The translations under genes and the position numbers were made by a program. Below, one piece after another: positions 1 to 9,054 of a DNA stretch of 32,000 nt. How positions within the stretch are numbered: the stretch's first letter is position 1; every line of letters starts with the position of its first letter. Under the pieces are notes generated by a model. It had not been told where the DNA came from and did not search any database. It worked only from the letters and a program-made list of their open reading frames with translations. This DNA is from Fastidiosibacter lacustris (lineage in GTDB: Bacteria > Pseudomonadota > Gammaproteobacteria > Francisellales > Francisellaceae): the NCBI RefSeq assembly GCF_003428155.1, contig NZ_QLIR01000010.1:41748-73747 (forward strand), written 5' to 3'.

Positions 1-444
1 AACGATTGCTAAGTCAACTTTTCCTGTTTTTAATAAATCATGTCTATTTTCAATATCTTGAATTTGTAAGTGAAAGCGAAGTTGTGGATAAGCTTTGGCA
101 ATTTTTGCAACAGGCTCAACAATACGCGTTTTCATAAGTGTGGAGGACGATACGATTTTAATCGGAATAATATTTTCACTCTGGTGCATATTTAGACTAC
201 GTAAATAAGTATTCTCAAGCTTTTGGATATCATGACAATAACGTAATAATATTTGCCCCTCTGATGTCAATTGCATGCCTTTGCGTGAACGAACAAAAAG
301 TGACACATTAAGCTTTTCTTCTAATGACTTTATACGTTGAGTAACCGCTGTTTGTGTCAAGTGTAATACATCTGCTGCACTATGCACCGTACCAGCTTTT
401 TCAACAGCAATAAATGCCTGTAATAACGGGCTTAAATTGATCAT
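1..444 (-). CDS. LysR-family transcriptional regulator, N-terminal 148 codons (partial; gene continues past the left window edge)
   Basis: Hand translation of the minus strand from the ATG at 444-442 gives MINLSPLLQAFIAVEKAGTVHSAADVLHLTQTAVTQRIKSLEEKLNVSLFVRSRKGMQLTSEGQILLRYCHD... This is a typical LysR wHTH (..S.AA..L..TQ.AV.Q.I..LE..L...LF.R). The frame is open to base 1. It is absent from the ORF track because it runs off the edge. AAGAGAG lies upstream of the ATG. Confidence 0.75.
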   Translation of the reverse strand, partial: MINLSPLLQAFIAVEKAGTVHSAADVLHLTQTAVTQRIKSLEEKLNVSLFVRSRKGMQLTSEGQILLRYCHDIQKLENTYLRSLNMHQSENIIPIKIVSSSTLMKTRIVEPVAKIAKAYPQLRFHLQIQDIENRHDLLKTGKVDLAIV

Positions 445-523
445 TAATCTCTCTTCTTAATTATTTATATTGAATTTAAGTTTCAGCAGTTTGCTATAAA
501 AAACATCGTCTTTAACAAGCAAT

Positions 524-1456
524 TTAAGAGTATTTAATATTACCTTTAGATGCAAAGTAAATACCAATAATAAGCATAATACTCCACACTACAAATGAGT
601 GCTCAACATGAGTGATATTAAAGATTACACTGAAAATACCTGCCCAAAAGATAAAGCTTGCATTAAACGTTGTTCCCAAGCTTGCTCCAATGCGTTTGAT
701 CGCATGATAATATGCCAAATAAGAGCTAGAAGCTGACAACACACAACCAATCATAAGTAATGGTAAAAATAAATGACTCATCACTTGCCACGTCTGTACA
801 TAGTCCACAATCAATAATATGATCAAAATCAATAAATAACTTAAAGCAGAAGTACTTTGACGAATGGCTAACAACCAGGAAACATCTTGAGTTGAGGATT
901 TTTGTGCAATTGAAAATAAGATTGATTCCATACCCCAACCAATCATCGCACAACTTGCAAAGATTAAACCAATTAGGATGTGCTCTGCACCTGAGCGTAC
1001 ACCTGTAATTGAGATAAACATGACAGCAATGACAGATAAAATAATACCAACGACTTTTACTTTGGTTGGTTTTTCACGTAATAAAATCATGGCAAATAAT
1101 AAGGCGATAACAGGGTAACAAGATGTGACCACACCAGCGTAAACAGGTCCTGCATATGCTATACCCATAATACCCGCGACCATTCCTAAGGGTCCTGCAC
1201 ACATTGCTGCAATCACAAGTGGCCAAAAGTTTTGCAATGTTGTTTTACGCCAATTTTTTATTAAGCTACCACGTATATGATGATAAACAAAAATACCCAA
1301 ACAAGAAAAACTATCTTGCATAAGCGACAACGCTAATGCAAAAACTAAAACTGCAAAAGTAGCTGTACTAAACAAAGCTTGCTCTGAGTAAATATTGGTT
1401 AAAACATCATTTAACCCCCAAAGCATACCTGAAATAATTCCTATAATAATTCCCAA
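524..1456 (-). CDS. Polytopic inner-membrane permease, DMT/EamA-like (about 10 TM); substrate unknown
   Basis: 310-aa ORF that is almost entirely hydrophobic helices in two similar halves. The TTG start lies 15 nt after the ruvB stop, behind a G-rich SD (GGGGGGAGG). The family call rests on general architecture only. Confidence 0.55.
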   Translation of the reverse strand: MGIIIGIISGMLWGLNDVLTNIYSEQALFSTATFAVLVFALALSLMQDSFSCLGIFVYHHIRGSLIKNWRKTTLQNFWPLVIAAMCAGPLGMVAGIMGIAYAGPVYAGVVTSCYPVIALLFAMILLREKPTKVKVVGIILSVIAVMFISITGVRSGAEHILIGLIFASCAMIGWGMESILFSIAQKSSTQDVSWLLAIRQSTSALSYLLILIILLIVDYVQTWQVMSHLFLPLLMIGCVLSASSSYLAYYHAIKRIGASLGTTFNASFIFWAGIFSVIFNITHVEHSFVVWSIMLIIGIYFASKGNIKYS

Positions 1457-1471
1457 AACCTCCCCCCTAGA

Positions 1472-2518
1472 TTAACCTTCATCGTTGCCAGGTAAACGTT
1501 GATAATCTTCTAATTTATCTGGCATTTCAATGTCAAAATGACGATAAGCGTGCAAAGTTGCTACACGCCCTCTTGCAGTACGCATAATATAACCCTGTTG
1601 AATCAAATAAGGCTCAATCACATCTTCTATGGTTCCTCGCTCTTCAGATATAGATGCTGCAATGGTGTCTAAACCTACTGGTCCTCCTGAAAACTTGTCA
1701 ATTAATGCTAATAAATAACGCCTATCCATTTGATCAAAGCCAACAGGGTCAACATTAATAAGTAATAAAGCTTTATCGGCAACTTTATGGTCAACAACTC
1801 CATGCGCTTTCACTTCTGCATAGTCTCGAACTCGACGTAAAAGCCTATTAGCAATTCTTGGTGTGCCACGCGCACGTTTCGCAATTTCTTTAGCTCCTGT
1901 TATTTTGATGCTTATTTGCATAAGTTTGGCTGATCGCATAATAATTTCAGTTAAATCATCAACTGAGTAAAACTCTAAGCGTTGTACAATCCCAAAGCGA
2001 TCCCTTAAGGGTGATGTCAAAAGTCCTGCCCTTGTTGTTGCACCAACCAAAGTAAAAGGTGGAAGGTCAATTTTAATGGAACGTGCTGCTGGTCCTTCTC
2101 CGATCATGATATCCAGTTGATAATCTTCCATTGCAGGATAGAGCACTTCTTCAATCACAGGACTTAAACGATGAATTTCATCAATAAAAAGAACATCGTT
2201 TGCTTCTAAGTTCGTTAACAGTGCCGCCAAATCACCTGCTTTCTCCAACACAGGACCTGAGGTTTGTTTGAGTGAAACGTTCATTTCATTGGCAATAATA
2301 TGTGAGAGTGTTGTCTTGCCCAAGCCAGGAGGACCAAAAATCAATACATGATCTAACGCTTCTTTGCGCTTTTTAGCAGCAGCAATAAATATCTCCATTT
2401 GTTCTTTAACAACAGGTTGACCGTGATAATCTGGTAATGTTTTTGGTCTTATTGCACGATCTATTTGATTATCTTCCATTTGCTTATTACCAGAGATAAT
2501 ACGATCTGTTTCTATCAT
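1472..2518 (-). CDS. ruvB: Holliday junction branch-migration ATPase RuvB
   Basis: 348 aa. Walker [10 protein letters not shown], Walker [10 protein letters not shown], and the RuvB-typical [15 protein letters not shown] and [15 protein letters not shown] segments. Confidence 0.95.
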   Translation of the reverse strand: MIETDRIISGNKQMEDNQIDRAIRPKTLPDYHGQPVVKEQMEIFIAAAKKRKEALDHVLIFGPPGLGKTTLSHIIANEMNVSLKQTSGPVLEKAGDLAALLTNLEANDVLFIDEIHRLSPVIEEVLYPAMEDYQLDIMIGEGPAARSIKIDLPPFTLVGATTRAGLLTSPLRDRFGIVQRLEFYSVDDLTEIIMRSAKLMQISIKITGAKEIAKRARGTPRIANRLLRRVRDYAEVKAHGVVDHKVADKALLLINVDPVGFDQMDRRYLLALIDKFSGGPVGLDTIAASISEERGTIEDVIEPYLIQQGYIMRTARGRVATLHAYRHFDIEMPDKLEDYQRLPGNDEG

Positions 2519-2661
2519 ATTTCTACATCATACTTAATATTGACTATATAAACAGAAGCCTAACACGTTTTAAAGACAAAAACGACGTGATTTTTAGCTT
2601 GTCTTATTTCACATTAGCTATCTGACATTAATAAACGCCTGTTCAAAACTATTTACTATAA

Positions 2662-3807
2662 TCACGCTCTGAAAACTTGCTTTACTTGAAACGACTTATC
2701 CAGCACAACAAGATCCGCATCCATGCCAACTTGAATGTCGCCTTTCCGTTTATCAAAATTTAAACTTTTTGCTGCATTAAAACTCGACATCTTAACAAGC
2801 TCTTGCAAACTGCATGCACTAAACTTTAACATATTTTTTAAAGCGATATTCATAGTTAGTACACTCCCCGCAAGCACCCCATTCTCCAAACGAGCTTCAC
2901 CATTTTTAACAATGACTTTTTGTCCCCCAAGTTCAAAAATACCTTCACCATATCCCTGGGCAGACATGGCATCGGTAACTAAAATAATTCCCTCTGCCTC
3001 TTTAATACAAAATGTCATCTTGACAATTTCAGGTGCTAAATGTACTCCGTCAACAATAAGCTCAGCAATCACTTTATTTGACATCAAAATCGCAGTTGCA
3101 GCACCTGGTTGCCGATGATCCACTCCACTCATTGCATTAAATAAATGAGTTGCTTGAGTAACGCCTTTGTCAATAGCATCAAGCGCACATGCAACACTAC
3201 AATTAGTATGTCCAATTGAAGCAATCACACCATGTGTGTTACACCAGTCAATAATGTTGTTGGCACCTTCAACTTCAGGTGCGAGTGTAACCTTACGAAT
3301 CGCATTTCGTGATAAGTTTTGCCAATGATTTAATTTTTCTAATGAGGCTTGTTGTAAATATACGGGATTTTGTGCTCCAATTTTTAAAGCTGAGATAAAT
3401 GGTCCTTCTAAATGCACCCCCAGAACATTAGCAAAGTGGTGCTCATGTGAATATTGATAACCAAAATCAGCTACATTCGATAACGCATTTTCAATAGCTT
3501 CTTCAGTTTGTGTCATCGTAGTTGCCAAAAAACTTGTCACACCTTGACGATAAAGTGATGAACTTATGACTTTAAGTGCTTCTATTTCAGCATCCATTAC
3601 ATCACAACCATTTGAGCCATGAATATGGATATCGATAAAACCTGGCATGATTATATCACTTGCATGGTAATTAACTTTTGGTAAATATTTAAATCGTGTA
3701 TTTATTTCCCCGAATGATACGATTTTACCATACTCAACAACGAGCTCACCTTCAATGATTTCAGATTTAGTGACAATTTTTGCACCACTTATTCGATAAC
3801 TTTGCAT
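2662..3807 (-). CDS. nagA: N-acetylglucosamine-6-phosphate deacetylase
   Basis: 381 aa. Amidohydrolase metal motifs PGFIDIHIHG, HLEGPFIS, THLFNAM and ILVTDAM, with length and order as in NagA. Confidence 0.9.
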   Translation of the reverse strand: MQSYRISGAKIVTKSEIIEGELVVEYGKIVSFGEINTRFKYLPKVNYHASDIIMPGFIDIHIHGSNGCDVMDAEIEALKVISSSLYRQGVTSFLATTMTQTEEAIENALSNVADFGYQYSHEHHFANVLGVHLEGPFISALKIGAQNPVYLQQASLEKLNHWQNLSRNAIRKVTLAPEVEGANNIIDWCNTHGVIASIGHTNCSVACALDAIDKGVTQATHLFNAMSGVDHRQPGAATAILMSNKVIAELIVDGVHLAPEIVKMTFCIKEAEGIILVTDAMSAQGYGEGIFELGGQKVIVKNGEARLENGVLAGSVLTMNIALKNMLKFSACSLQELVKMSSFNAAKSLNFDKRKGDIQVGMDADLVVLDKSFQVKQVFRA

Positions 3808-4157
3808 ATCTGCCCCATAAGTGTCATTTCTTGTAAAATTGCATCACCATATCCACATCTACTAACGTAAACGTCTTGCTTATATTGTAATGTCTTTATT
3901 GTAACTTTTTTATCAGACATGTACTAGTCTCTTAGTTAGATGTGAAAGTTCATTTTAACAATTTGATTTATAGCAGCAATCATTTGATATAAAAAACCTC
4001 TGTATACAATGAAAAATAAATTACCTTACTAGTTTACGATTTAGCACTTCTTTTAAAACTAAAGAGAATAAAGTTTAATTTAGCAGGCTATACTGTCGAC
4101 TAATTCTATTTAAAATTCAATAATGACAATATATATAACTTATCTTTATTTAAGCAC

Positions 4158-4721
4158 ATGCAAACTTCTATCCGTAAAGTGTTACGTCAGATCAGAAAAT
4201 CTATTCCAAGTATACAAAAAAATCACTTGGCATTAGCGCTTGCCAAGCAGTTTGAAATATACTTCCCAAAGCTTACAAACAAAAACATCGCAAGCTATTT
4301 TGCCACAGACGAAGAGATTTCGCCTTATTATATTAATCAGAGGCTTAAGGCTAAAAATAACCTACTTTACTACCCTATCCTTCACTCGTTTCATACTCGT
4401 CACTTATGGTTTAGTGTGGATACACAAAAATATGCAAGAAATAAATATCAACTATTAGAGCCTATTTTTTATGCTAACAACATACTTGCACCTTGGGAAC
4501 TTGATATTATTATTATTCCTTTGGTTGGCTTTAATAAACACAAACAACGTATTGGAATGGGTGGCGGTTTTTATGACACAACACTACGCTACTGTAAAAA
4601 ATTCAATAATGTTCAATTTATTGGTATTGCATTTGATGAACAACAGCATGATAGTGTTGCAATGAATTCTTGGGATATTACAATGGATGCTATTATTACT
4701 CCAACTAAAATTATCAATTGA
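4158..4721 (+). CDS. ygfA: 5-formyltetrahydrofolate cyclo-ligase
   Basis: 187 aa. C-terminal GMGGGFYD motif and PLVGF..... segment typical of the MTHFS family. Its stop overlaps the next ATG (ATGA). Confidence 0.85.
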   Translation: MQTSIRKVLRQIRKSIPSIQKNHLALALAKQFEIYFPKLTNKNIASYFATDEEISPYYINQRLKAKNNLLYYPILHSFHTRHLWFSVDTQKYARNKYQLLEPIFYANNILAPWELDIIIIPLVGFNKHKQRIGMGGGFYDTTLRYCKKFNNVQFIGIAFDEQQHDSVAMNSWDITMDAIITPTKIIN

Positions 4722-4990
4722 TGAACACTAATTCTAACTTACAAAAGCTCATCATCGACAGACTTACCAAAGCATTTGACCCTTCTATACTTGAACTGAT
4801 TGATGAAACGCACAAACACCAAAAACACAAACACTTTCAAAGCGGAAAATTTCATTTTAAACTACGGATAGCTAGCCTAAAATTTGTTACACTTAGCACC
4901 ATTAAAGCACACCAGGAAATCTACACTTGTTTAGGAGATCTGATGAAAGATCAAATCCATGCCTTATCCATTCATATTGAAAATAACTGA
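4718..4990 (+). CDS. BolA/IbaG-family protein
   Basis: 90 aa. LIIDRLTKAFDPSILELIDETHKH... parallels the E. coli BolA N-terminus ([23 protein letters not shown]). FHFKLRIAS...HQEIY...IHALSIH matches the BolA fold signature. Confidence 0.8.
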   Translation: MMNTNSNLQKLIIDRLTKAFDPSILELIDETHKHQKHKHFQSGKFHFKLRIASLKFVTLSTIKAHQEIYTCLGDLMKDQIHALSIHIENN

Positions 4991-5015
4991 ATAAACTGAA
5001 TAAGAAGAGAAAATA

Positions 5016-6140
5016 ATGCAAAAAATATCTGCTTTTATCAAAGCTGAATACGGAGTTGTGCTACCGATTATTCTTTTTATTTTGATCAATTTTATTTTTA
5101 CAACGTTCAATCCACAAAATATTAGTCACTTTGTAACTGCAGTTACAACGTTTACTATATTTTGTGTAATGCTAATTTGTGCATTTAACGTCGTTAAACA
5201 TGCTGATCGACTTGCTCATAAATTTGGTGAGCCTTATGGAACGATTATTCTGACGCTTTCGGTCATCTCAATTGAAGTAGCGCTTATTATTACAATGATG
5301 CTCATAGGAAAAGGAGATTCTACACTTGCAAGGGATACGATGTTTGCTGTTATCATGATTGCCGTCAATGGGTTTGCAGGCTTAAGTCTACTAACTGGAG
5401 GAATCAAACACAACACTCAAATGTATAATATTGAAGGTGCAAGTATCTATATATCTTTATTAATTTTACTGCTTAGCATTTGTCTAATTTTACCCAATTA
5501 TACTGTTGCTACAGATGCAGGCACCTTCAATTTAAGTCAATCCATTATTGTCATTGTGGTATGTGTTATTTTGTACGCTAATTTTTTGGTGATGCAAACG
5601 ATTACTCACAGTGATTATTTTCAATTTTCGCTTGATCATAAAAGTCAACAAGGTGAGCAGCATAGCTCGATGAGATCGGTATGTTATCACGTTACTTTAC
5701 TTTTGATCGGTCTTATTGTGATGATTGCACTATCTAAAAATCTTGGAACTTTTTTAGAATATAGCATTCAAGAAGCAGGTCTCCCTAGTAAACTTGGTGG
5801 TTTTATCATCGCTCTTTTAGTGTTGACACCAGAAGGTGTCAGTGCCATTCAAGCTGCCTACAAGAATCAACTACAACGCTCGATTAACCTGTGTATGGGT
5901 TCAGCTGTTGCAACTATTTGCTTAACTGTGCCATCTGTAATTGTCATAAATTTAATTCTAGGGCACCCACTTATATTAGGTTTAAATAGTACATCCATCG
6001 TTATCTTAATGTTAACTTTTTTTATTAGCCTTATCACTTTTACCTCAAGGAGAACAAGTGTATTTAACGGCGTGGTACTATTAACTGTATTTGCCATTTA
6101 TTTTGCTTTAATTTTTGATACCGCTCAACCCTTTGCTTAA
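5016..6140 (+). CDS. chaA: Ca2+/H+ antiporter, CaCA family (ChaA-like)
   Basis: 374 aa, about 11 TM. Two alpha-repeat signatures (GTIILTLSVISIEVALI and ALLVLTPEGVSAIQAA) as in ChaA. Confidence 0.8.
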   Translation: MQKISAFIKAEYGVVLPIILFILINFIFTTFNPQNISHFVTAVTTFTIFCVMLICAFNVVKHADRLAHKFGEPYGTIILTLSVISIEVALIITMMLIGKGDSTLARDTMFAVIMIAVNGFAGLSLLTGGIKHNTQMYNIEGASIYISLLILLLSICLILPNYTVATDAGTFNLSQSIIVIVVCVILYANFLVMQTITHSDYFQFSLDHKSQQGEQHSSMRSVCYHVTLLLIGLIVMIALSKNLGTFLEYSIQEAGLPSKLGGFIIALLVLTPEGVSAIQAAYKNQLQRSINLCMGSAVATICLTVPSVIVINLILGHPLILGLNSTSIVILMLTFFISLITFTSRRTSVFNGVVLLTVFAIYFALIFDTAQPFA

Positions 6141-6244
6141 ACTATATACGCTTTACTTTGATTGGAGTATTTCAGCTATTCATGTCAAACGTATCAGTAT
6201 ATACTAACGTACGAATAAGCAACTATTTCTTAATAATGGTTATA

Positions 6245-6871
6245 ATGTCAAAAAATAAACATAGTAAAAGTAGTAAACGTTGGCTGGATGAACATCATAA
6301 CGATTATTATGTCAGCCAGTCCAAAAAAGAAGGTTTTCGCTCACGTGCAGCATACAAACTTATTGAATTACAAGAAAAGGATAAACTTTTTAAATTAGGT
6401 ATGCAAATTGTTGACCTAGGTGCAGCACCAGGAGGCTGGTCACAGGTATTAACAAGCTTTGTCGGTGAAAAAGGGAAAGTATTTGCACTTGATATTTTGG
6501 AAATGGACCCTTTACCAGATGTAGTGTTTATTCAAGGAGACTTCACCCAAGATGAGTCATACGAAGAACTTATGAACTTAATTAAAGGGCAAACTGTCGA
6601 TTGGGTGGTTTCAGATATGGCACCTAATATGAGTGGTAATCGAAGTACCGATCAAGCTAATGCTATGTATTTGGTTGAACTTGCATTAGATTTTGCACAA
6701 AGTGTATTAAAACCCAAAGGTAACTTTCTAGCTAAAGTCTTTCAAGGTGAGGGTTTTGAAATGTTTGTCAAAAACGTCCAACAACAATACCAAAAAGTTG
6801 TCATTCGTAAACCAGATGCTTCACGGACTCGCTCGCGTGAAGTTTATGTAATTGGATTTAATAAATGTTAA
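6245..6871 (+). CDS. rlmE: 23S rRNA (uridine-2'-O)-methyltransferase RlmE/FtsJ
   Basis: SAM motif VDLGAAPGGWSQV. The N-terminus MSKNKHSKSSKRWLDEHHNDYYV...GFRSRAAYKL is typical of RlmE. I start at the ATG at 6245 (209 aa, canonical length), not the track start at 6158, whose extra 29 residues look like non-coding read-through. Confidence 0.9.
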   Translation: MSKNKHSKSSKRWLDEHHNDYYVSQSKKEGFRSRAAYKLIELQEKDKLFKLGMQIVDLGAAPGGWSQVLTSFVGEKGKVFALDILEMDPLPDVVFIQGDFTQDESYEELMNLIKGQTVDWVVSDMAPNMSGNRSTDQANAMYLVELALDFAQSVLKPKGNFLAKVFQGEGFEMFVKNVQQQYQKVVIRKPDASRTRSREVYVIGFNKC

Positions 6872-6882
6872 GAGAAATATAG

Positions 6883-7497
6883 ATGGGTTACAGACTTTCA
6901 AAAATCTATACCAAAACAGGTGACAAAGGAAAAACCGCTTTATCAGATAATAAGCGGATTGATAAATGTACACCTATTATTGAAGTAATTGGTCAACTAG
7001 ATGAACTAAATGCCGCTATTGGTGTTGTGGTATCCTTCTCTCATCACAACGATATCAATATACAATTACAAAACATTCAACATCAGCTTTTTAATATTGG
7101 TGGTGAGTTATCACATCCTCAATTTAGCCAATTAGCGGCTGAGAATATAACAATACTTGAACACTACATAGATAACTTTAACAGCCATCTCACACCACTT
7201 AAAGAGTTTATCCTACCAGGTGGCTCTAAGGCTTCTGCACTTTGTCATCAAGCACGAACTATTGCCAGAAGAGTAGAGCGTTGTTATGTTGCACTTAGTA
7301 GAAATGAACCTAAATTTACAAATCCATTGATTTTACAATTTTTAAACCGCCTATCGGATTATTTATTTGTACTTGCACGTTTTCTTAACCTTAAGGATAA
7401 TCACAACGAAATACTATGGCAAAGTCATAGAAGTCAACCACAAGTAGATAATGAAATTATGTTAATTCCACAATCAAACGTCAAAAAGGACAAATAA
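6883..7497 (+). CDS. ATP:cob(I)alamin adenosyltransferase, PduO type
   Basis: 204 aa. The N-terminal KIYTKTGDKGKT ATP-binding motif and the ...LPGG...CHQARTIARRVER helix bundle are typical of the PduO/MMAB family. Confidence 0.85.
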   Translation: MGYRLSKIYTKTGDKGKTALSDNKRIDKCTPIIEVIGQLDELNAAIGVVVSFSHHNDINIQLQNIQHQLFNIGGELSHPQFSQLAAENITILEHYIDNFNSHLTPLKEFILPGGSKASALCHQARTIARRVERCYVALSRNEPKFTNPLILQFLNRLSDYLFVLARFLNLKDNHNEILWQSHRSQPQVDNEIMLIPQSNVKKDK

Positions 7498-8870
7498 TGA
7501 AAATCATTATTTTAGGTGCAGGACAAGTCGGAAGCTCTCTAGCAAAAAACTTACAAAAAGATCACAATATCAGTGTGGTTGATGATAGACCTGAGCGCTT
7601 ACGCCACATCCAAAACCATTTTGATGTTAAAACCGTATGCGGCTCTGCCTCTCATCCTAACGTCCTTGAAGAGGCAGGTGCTAATGATGCAGATATGATT
7701 ATTGCTGTCACCAATAATGATGAAGTTAATATTGTAGCTTGCCAAATTGCATATAGCTTATTTAAAATTCCAACGAAAATCGCACGTCTTCGCAATAAAA
7801 ACTATGCACGTTATCCGCAAATTTTCAATAATGATAATATTCCTATAGATATGATCATCAATCCTTCTGAGCTCGTTACTCAACGCTTAGTACGTTTAGT
7901 GGAACACCCTGGAAGCTTCCAGATCGTTGACTTTGCCAATGGGCGCATACAACTTGCAGGTAGTGAAATCTCTGAAGACTCCCCTTTGCATGGTATGAGT
8001 ATTAAAGAATTTCGTCAAGAACTGCCAGATATTGACGCACGTATTGTTGCCATTTATCGCAAAAAACAGAATATTCTCATTTCAGCTGATACTATATTAC
8101 AGAAGTATGATGACGTTTTCTTCATTGCTGAACGTATTAACATTCCTGCAATTTTGCGTGAGTTTCAACCACACCAAACTGCCTGCCGCAAGCTGTTTAT
8201 TGCAGGAGGTGGAAACATTGGTATGGGACTTGCAAAAAAACTAGAAAATGATTATTTAGTTAAAATTATTGAAAACAATTATGAAAAATGCCATCTTGCT
8301 GCCGAGACTTTAAATAATACAACCGTTTTAGCAGGAGATGCTTCTGACGCTGAACTTTTAAATGCCGAAAGCATTGATGATACTGACTTGTTTTGTGCTG
8401 TTACCAATGATGATGAAGCAAATATTATGTCTGCAATGTTGGCAAAAAAAATGGGAGCTAAAAGCACAATTGCATTAGTCAATAGCCTAAGTTATGCTGA
8501 ATTGGTTGATGAAACACAGACGATTGATCGAGCCATCTCGCCCCAGCGCATCACTATTGGTGTTATTCAAACTTATTTGCGTAAAGGAGACATGCTCAAT
8601 ATTTACTCACTTTATGGCGGTCAAGCTGAAGCAATGGAAATCGTTGTTCATGGTACAGTAGATAGCTCACCAATTGTTGGCAAAGCTATTAATGAACTGA
8701 ACTTACCAAAGTCGATTATTATTGGTGGAATTGTGCGTGAGGATAATATCCTGATTGCCCATGACCATTATGTAATCAAATCAGGTGATCATGTGGTTGT
8801 GATCATCACAGATATGGATCATATCCGCACTATTGAAAAACTCTTTCAGGTGTTACCTGTTTTTCTATAA
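7497..8870 (+). CDS. trkA: Trk potassium uptake system NAD-binding subunit TrkA
   Basis: 457 aa. Two Rossmann repeats (MKIIILGAGQVGSSLA and LFIAGGGNIGMGLA), each followed by an RCK_C-like segment. TAATG overlap with the upstream gene. Confidence 0.92.
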   Translation: MKIIILGAGQVGSSLAKNLQKDHNISVVDDRPERLRHIQNHFDVKTVCGSASHPNVLEEAGANDADMIIAVTNNDEVNIVACQIAYSLFKIPTKIARLRNKNYARYPQIFNNDNIPIDMIINPSELVTQRLVRLVEHPGSFQIVDFANGRIQLAGSEISEDSPLHGMSIKEFRQELPDIDARIVAIYRKKQNILISADTILQKYDDVFFIAERINIPAILREFQPHQTACRKLFIAGGGNIGMGLAKKLENDYLVKIIENNYEKCHLAAETLNNTTVLAGDASDAELLNAESIDDTDLFCAVTNDDEANIMSAMLAKKMGAKSTIALVNSLSYAELVDETQTIDRAISPQRITIGVIQTYLRKGDMLNIYSLYGGQAEAMEIVVHGTVDSSPIVGKAINELNLPKSIIIGGIVREDNILIAHDHYVIKSGDHVVVIITDMDHIRTIEKLFQVLPVFL

Positions 8871-8933
8871 GTGCCATTAATCATTTTAACCATTAGGTAT
8901 AAGCAAGCTTCCAATAATAGAGCATTCCAAAAT

Positions 8934-8965
8934 GGAAAGTTAATAGACTTTCTTCTGCTTTTTTT
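8934..8965 (+). terminator. Candidate rho-independent terminator after trkA
   Basis: GGAAAGT-TAATAG-ACTTTCT hairpin (6 bp plus a G.T pair), followed after 5 nt by a T7 run at 8959-8965. The stem is AT-rich and weak. Confidence 0.35.
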
Positions 8966-9054
8966 ATATGATGTGCACTAGATTATTTTATGAACGTTTA
9001 TGTCTTTATAGCTTAAACTTCAAGCAACCAAAATTGAAAGAAAAATAGATTCTT

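Noticed and set aside
726-953. Short track ORFs nested inside, or antisense to, the larger genes. They are 726-953, 2735-3118, 4240-4458, 4471-4665, 5234-5416, 5867-6097, 8032-8244, 8279-8482, 9063-9284, 9635-9835, 9971-10213, 11929-12159, 15583-15816, 16576-16764, 19707-19898, 20296-20595, 21071-21292, 21852-22121, 24153-24371, 25289-25474, 26079-26300, 27356-27754, 27849-28091, 28859-29047, 29599-29853 and 30694-30897.
   Set aside because: All lie within confidently assigned genes in alternative frames or strands. They have no SD and no recognisable domains. Their low-complexity translations are typical of shadow ORFs.
1462-1467. C6 (G6 on the coding strand) homopolymer inside the RBS region of the DMT permease gene, considered as a possible phase-variation tract.
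   Set aside because: Six residues is short for slipped-strand switching. The tract is more simply explained as the G-rich Shine-Dalgarno sequence. There is no supporting evidence.
3789-3920. 43-codon minus-strand ORF (MSDKKVTIKTLQYKQDVYVSRCGYGDAILQEMTLMGQICKVIE*) overlapping the nagA start by 19 nt.
   Set aside because: It has only a weak SD (AAGAG) and no recognisable homology. It is out of frame with nagA, whose own N-terminus aligns well with NagA. It could be a leader ORF, but the support is insufficient.
3921-4157. Possible 6S RNA (ssrS) upstream of the 5-formyl-THF cyclo-ligase gene, expected from the conserved ssrS-ygfA synteny in gammaproteobacteria.
   Set aside because: Reading the 237-nt spacer, I found no long 5'/3' complementary closing stem, no central-bubble architecture and no recognisable conserved 6S segments. 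The region is extremely AT-rich and must also hold the divergent nagA and ygfA promoters. A covariance-model search (Rfam 6S) would be decisive.
6158-6244. N-terminal extensions implied by the ORF track for rlmE (6158), the rhodanese gene (25250), kdsA (31424, TTG) and the protease fusion (15001, TTG).
   Set aside because: In each case an internal ATG gives the canonical family N-terminus, a better SD, or both. The internal starts are 6245, 25181 (with AGGAAGG), 31400 and 14986. The extensions are hydrophobic or low-complexity read-through, or they overlap the neighbouring gene.
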